From positions 1-11,423 of the forward strand of contig JAFGOA010000190.1 of assembly GCA_016926735.1 (NCBI GenBank): a stretch of 11,423 nucleotides of DNA, given 5' to 3'. The position numbers were made by a program, and so were the translations under genes. A model generated the notes under the pieces. It searched no databases, was not told where the DNA came from, and worked only from the letters and a program-made list of their open reading frames with translations. Below are positions 4,385-11,423 of the stretch, piece after piece. Each line of letters starts with the position of its first letter. The first letter of the stretch is position 1. This DNA is from Promethearchaeota archaeon (GTDB taxonomy: Archaea; Asgardarchaeota; Lokiarchaeia; Sigyniarchaeales; SOKP01).

Positions 4385-5602
4385 TTGATAATAGTGAAGG
4401 AATTCCGAATTAATGAGTATTTAAGCGTAAAATTAGAGGATAATAAGACTCAGATTTATGTAGCTGGAGAGCGTTTTATGCAATGCGCGGCGCTTTTATT
4501 TCATCTTCCGGTTAAAGATTTGAATTATTTTGAGGGAATTACTTCGATTGATGATGCTCAGCTAAATTTTGAGAAGATTTATGATGAGACTGGGCTTGCT
4601 ATGGGGGAGGATATCCCGCCAGAGGAGGAATTTTGGGGACACTGCTCCAATTTGCAGGCGTGGTATGAGCATGGCTACGATACTCGACTCCTTCACAGTA
4701 ATCTTGCGTTTCCTCTGCTTAAAAAGCTTTCGGAAGCGGGAGATGAGCAGGCAAAACACATGTTTTTTGAGGAGATAATCTATCGTTATAAGAACGGCAA
4801 TTTATTTACTCGAAGATTCTTATCGGAAGAGCAATTTCTAAATCTTTTGCCAATAGATATGCTTTTACATCTTTATTTAGATTCAGATGAGGAGGTTATG
4901 GCTTTATTCGACCTTTGGGAGGAAGTTGAGAAAGGTATTTCTGAGGAATATAAAAAGTATAAGACTTTTGAAGATTTTATTTATGAATCTTCTGGAGAAT
5001 CATTTAATTATTTTGACAATTATAGATATGTAAGAGAACTTAACCTTTCCCGTTACACTCTTGATAAATTCCCAGAAGCTATTCTTCAATTTAAGCGTCT
5101 TAAGGAGCTAAATCTTACTGGTGTTGGCATCACCTACATTCCAAGGAAAATTTATCGTTTAAAAGAGCTAAAGAGCTTAGATTTAGATTCTAATAAGTTA
5201 AAAACTTTACCAATTTCCATCTGTTCAATGGAGAATTTAGAGTATCTATCGATAAGAAAAAACCAACTTGAGTGCCTTCCTCAGAACATTGGGAATTTAA
5301 AGAAGTTAAAAGAGCTCAATCTAAGGGAAAACAATTTAAAGAGGTTTCCTGATTCGATCGGAGATTTTAAATCCTTAGAAAAACTATATCTAAGCAATAA
5401 TAACATTTCAGAACTTCCTGAATCTATAGGTAATCTTAAAAATCTTAAATCTCTGGATATTAGCAACAATAATCTTAAAACTCTACCAGATTCTATTTAT
5501 GAACTTAACAATTTAAATCATCTAGATATAAGAGGAAATAATTTTGATATTTCTCCAAATATTAGAGAAAGAATGGATTTTTTAAAAGAACCACGGGAAT
5601 AA
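4385..5602 (+). CDS. Leucine-rich repeat protein with a Lokiarchaeia-type N-terminal domain, 405 aa
   Basis: About 8 C-terminal 23-aa LRRs (LxxLxLxxNxLxxLPxxIGxLxx). The N-terminal domain contains EFRINEYLSVKLEDNKTQIYVAGERFMQC and EEEFWGHCSNLQAWYEHGYDTRLLHSNLAFPLLKKL, which I recognise from memory as a family expanded in Lokiarchaeia. The start is TTG at 4385, or alternatively GTG at 4394. Confidence 0.9.
   Translation: MIIVKEFRINEYLSVKLEDNKTQIYVAGERFMQCAALLFHLPVKDLNYFEGITSIDDAQLNFEKIYDETGLAMGEDIPPEEEFWGHCSNLQAWYEHGYDTRLLHSNLAFPLLKKLSEAGDEQAKHMFFEEIIYRYKNGNLFTRRFLSEEQFLNLLPIDMLLHLYLDSDEEVMALFDLWEEVEKGISEEYKKYKTFEDFIYESSGESFNYFDNYRYVRELNLSRYTLDKFPEAILQFKRLKELNLTGVGITYIPRKIYRLKELKSLDLDSNKLKTLPISICSMENLEYLSIRKNQLECLPQNIGNLKKLKELNLRENNLKRFPDSIGDFKSLEKLYLSNNNISELPESIGNLKNLKSLDISNNNLKTLPDSIYELNNLNHLDIRGNNFDISPNIRERMDFLKEPRE
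5030..5549 (+). repeat. LRR coding array (~8 x 69 bp, degenerate at the DNA level)
   Basis: Consecutive units include LKSLDLDSNKLKTLPISICSMEN, LEYLSIRKNQLECLPQNIGNLKK, LKELNLRENNLKRFPDSIGDFKS, LEKLYLSNNNISELPESIGNLKN and LKSLDISNNNLKTLPDSIYELNN. Confidence 0.9.
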
Positions 5603-5621
5603 TACTACAATTATGTATTAA

Positions 5622-8600
5622 TTATTGTTTTTCCTTTTTTAATTCTATAATTCCATCTTTTTGTGGCATATTGAAAAAATTATTAAACCAAGATTTTAAA
5701 TTTATGGCATCATCAAACATCCAGATTGGCCAGCAATCGCCATAATTCCAGATATCCTTACCTCCTATCTTGTTCCATCCTTTTTTCCATTCACCGAGTA
5801 TTTGCCTTCCTTTATCGCTAAGTTTAGCGTTAATTCTTTCCTCTCCTAAACCAATAACATAATCCTCTGAGAAGAGCTCTCGTTGAGAAGCAAATACTCC
5901 ATAACTTGCAACTTCATCTCTCGCTCCCTCCTTAATAAACACCTGTGCATTAAACATCACCATGTAGAATACAATACTTGCGACAAACTGTCTAAATTTG
6001 GCTTCATTGAGAATTTTACTTCCATCCTTTTCAAGATTAAATTCTAATTGATAATTATCTATTAAATCACCAAATTTCGCTGTCATATATTTATTATCAT
6101 CACTATTAATTTTCGAGAATTCCCCAAATCCGAGATTATTCTCAATATGAAATTCAGCAGTAAACTTCTGTCCATTCTCATAGTTATTGGAAAGAATAGT
6201 GCTCAATCTACTATAAAGATGGCTAATTTTATAGGCGAATTCTTTCGTAAGGAGAGAATTAATACTAAATGTCAGATGGTTCTTTTTAATATTATAATAA
6301 TTATAATACAATGCAGGCTGAATTTTGTAGATATTATCTCTAAAAAAAGTCTCGAAAGTCTGCGAATTAAGCGTCAATGTACCATAATTCCTTATATCCC
6401 AGTATATCTCTGTTGGGCCTTCAATATTATTACTGATATATTGAATGGTCTGAACTTCTTGCGTTCCGGTAAAAATCCGTGCTAAAGAAGAAATAGGGTC
6501 TTGATTTCTATTTGGAATGCCTGGAGTTACTACCCATTGAAATAGTTGTGATACTGCAAAATTAATATTTTTTTGGCTCCAAATATCTGCTGAAGGACTA
6601 TATTTAAAGATATTTATATCTAAAATTCTTCCTGCTGATCTTGTAAGCTTGGGTGACATTAATGTTTTTAAAAGCGTGCTAAAATCGTTCATTATTGATG
6701 ATTTTCCGGTAATCATTTTCTTTTCGCTGTAATCAGGGCTTAAATTCTTGTTAAGATAACATGCGATAAAGTTTTCCTTCAGAGCGCCATAATGTCTATA
6801 ATGTTCAGGTTCTTGAAAATTTCCATCAATAATGTTATTTAAAAAGTCATTTGATGCTTTAGTGCGCATTAATTCATTTTTGGAAGTACCTATATCTATT
6901 ATAGTTAAATGGCCAAAAAGTAGGAGAGGTATAAAGACATTTTCTAGGAAATCCTGCGTTTTATATGAGTCTATTGAATCGCTGGATCTTGAATTAATAC
7001 TCCTGACTCCTCTCTTGTAAAGAATATCTCTTAATAAATCATAGTTAAACACGATAGGTTGAATTTTTATTTGTCTATCTTCCATGCTGAGATGTATCAT
7101 TCCGATTTTAAGCAGAGTATAGAATCGATAACCAAATATATTTCGTAATAGATCATCCATTACTTCGACTAGTCGATACTCTTCTTGTGTATATTTATTT
7201 GATTCAAGATCAGAGAATTGAACACTGTTGTACTTCTTTTTATATTGTAAAAGTAAGCTATTTGTTCCAGTATATTTATTGATAAGTTTGTGGAGTGTGC
7301 TAAAGAATTCTTTTTGATTAATTTTGTGGTTAGATAACGTAGTAAGTTCTTGATCTTCTTCAGAAGGATGAAAATCTTTCAATATGTTCTTAATAACCTC
7401 TAAATCTTGGTCATAAAAATCTTCAGAAATAATGAGCTCTGAGATAGATTGTATATTATACTTTTTAGATTCAGAAGGTAAAAAGATCGATGTGAATTGC
7501 TCAATAACGCTTAAAATCTCGACCAACTCCTTTTTAACGTTATCATCATCGATATTTTCAATATCAATAAAATTCTGAACTTTATATTCTTCTTTTTTAA
7601 TAAGACTAAATTGACTATCTCTTACAAGGATATTTGGTAATGGCGATCTATATGGTTCAATATGTTCAACATTTAAAATTGTCTCTTGTAAGCTCATTTG
7701 AATATCCTCCCCAGAAGAAATTAAATACCCTGCATAGAAATTTGATTTATATCCTATTAAATTATTAGTATCATCACGAATCTCTTCATGTATGTAAAAT
7801 TCTTTTGCCCAATTTTGATCGACATTGTTATTTTTATCTTTTCTTATTGCTAAAATAGTTTGAGAGAACTCTAATTTGCTAATTAATCGGACACCTTTAT
7901 TATCAGCTACAAAGATGTCATGATAAATATTTCCCTTGTTATCTTTAAATCCTTCTCGAATGCGAGTATTGGAAAGTTCGCTAATACGATTCACAGGGAC
8001 TAATATTATTCGATCTTCCAAATAATCCTCATGGTGGCAAATAACCAAACCCCCCAATTGAGCAAGACTAATTAAATCATCATCAGTATTAATTTCGTAC
8101 ATATCATCTTTAAAGCTTTTATCGAGAGTATAAATTTTATACTGGCTTGGAAAGTCGCTTATGGAGATTTTCTGATTATTTTCAACCCTAAAATGAGGAT
8201 TATAATTAAATATAAAATTCAATTGTAGGCGTCCAGAGCTGGTCGTTGCAATTAAGTTTTCAAAATTATCTTGATTTATTATTAAATCTGCTAATTGTAT
8301 AAATCCTACTCCATTCTTCAGTTGATTAGCAAAATGATCTGATTTAAAGATATCATAAGCAAGATCGATTGTCTTCTTTCTAAATTCAGAATTTTTGAGT
8401 TTAGGATTTTTAAGAATATTAATAATTTCGTCTCGAAGAACTTCTTTTGTGTTTATTTCTCTTTTAGCAAGTTCTTCATTGATGAGATCCATAAATGCTA
8501 CAAGAAATATCTCATGGTCAGGAAGTTTATTGCCAATATTGTAAATATTCTTAGAATAAAATGTATCTAAAATTTTAATAATATTTTTCGAAGTCTCGTC

Positions 8601-11423
8601 CATATCTTGAACGATAAATGGTGCTATTAATTGAACTAATCGCTGAGGTAGATCTTGTATGCTCTGGCTCGTAGAAATTCTTTTTATTATATCTACAATC
8701 ATTGCAGAAAGACCATCATCACATAAGCTCTCAACAATATAAGAATTCGGTGTCATTCTATCTGCCTCTATAATGGATTTAAACCATGTATTCTTAATAT
8801 GGGTTGATATAATTAATGTTATAAAATCAAATATTCCTCCCCCATCAAAAAACCGTCCAATATTTCTTACTGCTGATCTTATATAAAATTCAATATCATC
8901 ATAATTCAAATTAAATGTATTAATTTCATTATCATTTGGACTATATTTTATTCTATTATATATTTTAATATAATTTAATTGTTCAGGAGTTAACCTCTCA
9001 ACTAGCTCATTAAACCATCCTATAACTTTACCTTTTAACATCGAAAGAAAATATTTACTTTCCCCAATATACCCTTGATACCCCCTTATTTTGTTATTCA
9101 ATGATATTTTATTACTTATTAATGGGTCAACTAGAAAACATTCAGTAAAAATATTGATAAATTTAGTAATGCCTTTTCCTGAATGAAAATCATAATAAAG
9201 CTTATCGATTCTATTATCATCTCCTAAAAATTCACTTAGTCTTTGATTAATATCTTCTGAATTCATTGAAGGATTATCAATTTCACATTCTCTCATGATA
9301 CTATCGAGAATGGTAAACTGAATACGATCAACAACAACACTCATAAAATCTTTTTTCCTAAATTCTCCATTAGCCAATTCATTTCGAGCATCATCAAATC
9401 CTTTGTTGAAGATATTTATATACAAGCTCTCAATGAATTTAAGATAAGCATTCTTGATATCTTCATTCTTAAAAGAATTAAGTGTCTTTGCATCTGCAAA
9501 ATATGAATTCCAATAACTTTTCATTAGATTCTCTATCTGATCAATGAAAGTGAGAACGTCATCTTCGCTCATATCCACGATAGAATTATCATATTTCAAT
9601 CCTTGGATAGAGAGTGTCATTGAACGAGTTAAATCTTGTATCATTTGATATAATTGTTCATATATTGGAGCATTTTCTTGAGTTATAAGTACATCAACTC
9701 GGTTCTTAAACCAATATCCAAATTGCTCTGTATAGAATTTCAATACTTCGGGCGATAGACTTGAAATACCTAAAAAGTTCCCTATAGGAGTTACGCCATT
9801 TGGATTATAATCCAAGATTTCAATTTGATGTGATCTCATCTGCATTAAATCGTCACTTATCCAATCATTATCATCTAATTGTTCAATAAGAGAATTATAT
9901 CCGAGAATATCAAGAAGATCATTAAATTCCATATTCATACTATATTTTTGGACATCTCCAGAATCATAAGTTATTAAAATTTCATTAGAATCAATGGATA
10001 CGGTTATTTCCTTGAAAAATCTTAAATAAATAGACTGCCCTTTTGAAATTTCAAAATTTCTTTTAATTTCATTAAAAGCTTTTTTTACTGTTAATTTACC
10101 ATCTTTTGTAAAAAATGTCCATCCTACAGAATGATCTTCATACTTAAATAATGGATCAACTGCTTCAACACCTTCAGAAGATTTAACTATTGGTAATGCA
10201 AATCGCTCAGTTGTCTGACTTAGATCATTATCAATCGATTGCTCATTTTCCAATATATTTAATGAAATTTGAGAAGATTCAGTATTTTTTATTTTATTTT
10301 TCATTTTTGTTATCGCTTCAGTGATAACGGTTGGCACTTTTAGACTATTCTTAGTCCTATCTATTAGATTTTTAAGGATATTTGCAAAACCAGTTTTTTG
10401 ATTCACATTATCAACTACATCTATTTTATGAATATCATTTATTTGAGGCATTACATTTATAGTAGGTAGTGTTTCTAGACCCTCAATATCTCTATTTATT
10501 AGTGTTTTGGTGTCTGGCGCAGTATTTTGCTTTTGCTGAGTCAATATACTATTTTTATTACTCATTCGATTGTAAAGATGGGATTGGTATGAATGCATGA
10601 GTCTTCTGTCAAGATTATCTAAAAACGTAGTAGAAAAATACTCAATACCAATAGCAGAGCCTATACTTGATAAACCCGGTAAGAAGAGCATTAAGCCTGA
10701 AGCTATAAATAGTGCGCTGAGTTTTTTGATTGTTGGAACTTTCTGCTCATTTGAAAAAATATTGAGTTCACTTATTTTTGAGGTGATGGCTTCTTGATTT
10801 GTAAGGGCAATTTGAGCTTCGCTGAAAGCATTATTATCTTCCTGTGTTAAAAGAGCACTATACCAGCTTTTAAAATCTCTATTGGTCTTTTGAGCTAAAT
10901 AAATTTGCGCACCATAAGAGAGAGATTGTTGAGAGGTGTCTATACCTATATTTCGTGTAAGAAGACCGAAGAATTTACTCTCACGGGCGCTTGTAGCTAA
11001 AGTGCTTAGCCAATATCCCACCTCACTTGACCATCCCCATGATTTCACAATATTCCCTATATAAGTTTCAATCACTCCATCAACAACAACTTCTTGGAGA
11101 ATTTCTGAATAAGTGCCTATAGCAGTTCTTACTGCCATTTGTGTTGCAAGAAGTCCTATTGTCTGCTGGAGCGTCATTTTCTGTACTTGAGCTGAGACCG
11201 TTTTACTTAAAATAGACATTGCGATTTTATTTCCTGATTTGGCGCAGATTTCTATTAACTTTTGCTTAGCCACCTGCGTTAAATATGAGCCAAGTACGAT
11301 CAAAGGAGTCGAAATTAAAGTGGAGATTGCTGTAAGTTTTTTTGTATATTCAAGTTCCCCAATCATTCCAGCAGTCTGGGTTGCAAATGTATATTGATTG
11401 AAATAGTCCATAATGAGATGAGA
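5622..11423 (-). CDS. Giant hypothetical protein, C-terminal part (>=1933 aa; 5' end probably outside the window)
   Basis: A 5.8-kb stop-free frame in AT-rich DNA cannot be chance. The frame stays open upstream of the ATG at 11411 to the window edge (TCT CAT CTC ATT ATG). Hydrophobic segments lie near 11280-11336 and 10645-10721. No domain is confidently recognisable. Confidence 0.85.
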   Translation of the reverse strand, partial: SHLIMDYFNQYTFATQTAGMIGELEYTKKLTAISTLISTPLIVLGSYLTQVAKQKLIEICAKSGNKIAMSILSKTVSAQVQKMTLQQTIGLLATQMAVRTAIGTYSEILQEVVVDGVIETYIGNIVKSWGWSSEVGYWLSTLATSARESKFFGLLTRNIGIDTSQQSLSYGAQIYLAQKTNRDFKSWYSALLTQEDNNAFSEAQIALTNQEAITSKISELNIFSNEQKVPTIKKLSALFIASGLMLFLPGLSSIGSAIGIEYFSTTFLDNLDRRLMHSYQSHLYNRMSNKNSILTQQKQNTAPDTKTLINRDIEGLETLPTINVMPQINDIHKIDVVDNVNQKTGFANILKNLIDRTKNSLKVPTVITEAITKMKNKIKNTESSQISLNILENEQSIDNDLSQTTERFALPIVKSSEGVEAVDPLFKYEDHSVGWTFFTKDGKLTVKKAFNEIKRNFEISKGQSIYLRFFKEITVSIDSNEILITYDSGDVQKYSMNMEFNDLLDILGYNSLIEQLDDNDWISDDLMQMRSHQIEILDYNPNGVTPIGNFLGISSLSPEVLKFYTEQFGYWFKNRVDVLITQENAPIYEQLYQMIQDLTRSMTLSIQGLKYDNSIVDMSEDDVLTFIDQIENLMKSYWNSYFADAKTLNSFKNEDIKNAYLKFIESLYINIFNKGFDDARNELANGEFRKKDFMSVVVDRIQFTILDSIMRECEIDNPSMNSEDINQRLSEFLGDDNRIDKLYYDFHSGKGITKFINIFTECFLVDPLISNKISLNNKIRGYQGYIGESKYFLSMLKGKVIGWFNELVERLTPEQLNYIKIYNRIKYSPNDNEINTFNLNYDDIEFYIRSAVRNIGRFFDGGGIFDFITLIISTHIKNTWFKSIIEADRMTPNSYIVESLCDDGLSAMIVDIIKRISTSQSIQDLPQRLVQLIAPFIVQDMDETSKNIIKILDTFYSKNIYNIGNKLPDHEIFLVAFMDLINEELAKREINTKEVLRDEIINILKNPKLKNSEFRKKTIDLAYDIFKSDHFANQLKNGVGFIQLADLIINQDNFENLIATTSSGRLQLNFIFNYNPHFRVENNQKISISDFPSQYKIYTLDKSFKDDMYEINTDDDLISLAQLGGLVICHHEDYLEDRIILVPVNRISELSNTRIREGFKDNKGNIYHDIFVADNKGVRLISKLEFSQTILAIRKDKNNNVDQNWAKEFYIHEEIRDDTNNLIGYKSNFYAGYLISSGEDIQMSLQETILNVEHIEPYRSPLPNILVRDSQFSLIKKEEYKVQNFIDIENIDDDNVKKELVEILSVIEQFTSIFLPSESKKYNIQSISELIISEDFYDQDLEVIKNILKDFHPSEEDQELTTLSNHKINQKEFFSTLHKLINKYTGTNSLLLQYKKKYNSVQFSDLESNKYTQEEYRLVEVMDDLLRNIFGYRFYTLLKIGMIHLSMEDRQIKIQPIVFNYDLLRDILYKRGVRSINSRSSDSIDSYKTQDFLENVFIPLLLFGHLTIIDIGTSKNELMRTKASNDFLNNIIDGNFQEPEHYRHYGALKENFIACYLNKNLSPDYSEKKMITGKSSIMNDFSTLLKTLMSPKLTRSAGRILDINIFKYSPSADIWSQKNINFAVSQLFQWVVTPGIPNRNQDPISSLARIFTGTQEVQTIQYISNNIEGPTEIYWDIRNYGTLTLNSQTFETFFRDNIYKIQPALYYNYYNIKKNHLTFSINSLLTKEFAYKISHLYSRLSTILSNNYENGQKFTAEFHIENNLGFGEFSKINSDDNKYMTAKFGDLIDNYQLEFNLEKDGSKILNEAKFRQFVASIVFYMVMFNAQVFIKEGARDEVASYGVFASQRELFSEDYVIGLGEERINAKLSDKGRQILGEWKKGWNKIGGKDIWNYGDCWPIWMFDDAINLKSWFNNFFNMPQKDGIIELKKEKQ

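Noticed and set aside
4562-5469. Small ORFs 4562-4759 (-), 4569-4778 (+) and 5281-5469 (-)
   Set aside because: They lie wholly within the well-supported LRR gene and are alternative-frame or antisense shadows.
7630-7680. NVEHIEP in the giant protein as an HNH nuclease motif
   Set aside because: It resembles the EHIxP start of HNH motifs, but the downstream N...N/H residues are not convincingly present.
9050-9090. GYIGE in the giant protein as PD-(D/E)xK nuclease motif I
   Set aside because: No properly spaced PD and (D/E)xK motifs follow it, so it is probably chance in a ~1,900-aa sequence.
6147-10797. Small + strand ORFs 6147-6485, 6832-7020 and 10597-10797
   Set aside because: They are antisense to the giant ORF, short and without motifs.

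Overview
AT-rich archaeal window, most consistent with Asgard archaea (Lokiarchaeia/Promethearchaeota), judged from the BHB-type tRNA introns and the LRR protein family. From left to right: the 3' end of a response-regulator receiver gene; a convergent JAB/MPN-like gene with an atypical motif; an intron-containing tRNA-Ser(UGA); and a ~1.6-kb integrase-less island bounded by a 21-bp duplication of the tRNA-Ser 3' end. The island carries an unusual toxin-antitoxin-like pair: a Panacea/YwgA-like wHTH antitoxin with a Phd/YefM/RelB-like tail, and a RelE-like toxin with a CxxC-x9-CxxC insertion. Next come tRNA-Lys(CUU) with a non-canonical 30-nt T-loop intron (58/59), a complete IS630 element with a -1 frameshift transposase, and an LRR protein with a distinct N-terminal domain. 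The window ends with the C-terminal >=1933 codons of a giant uncharacterised protein that is open at the window edge. All calls are from reading the sequence; no searches were run.
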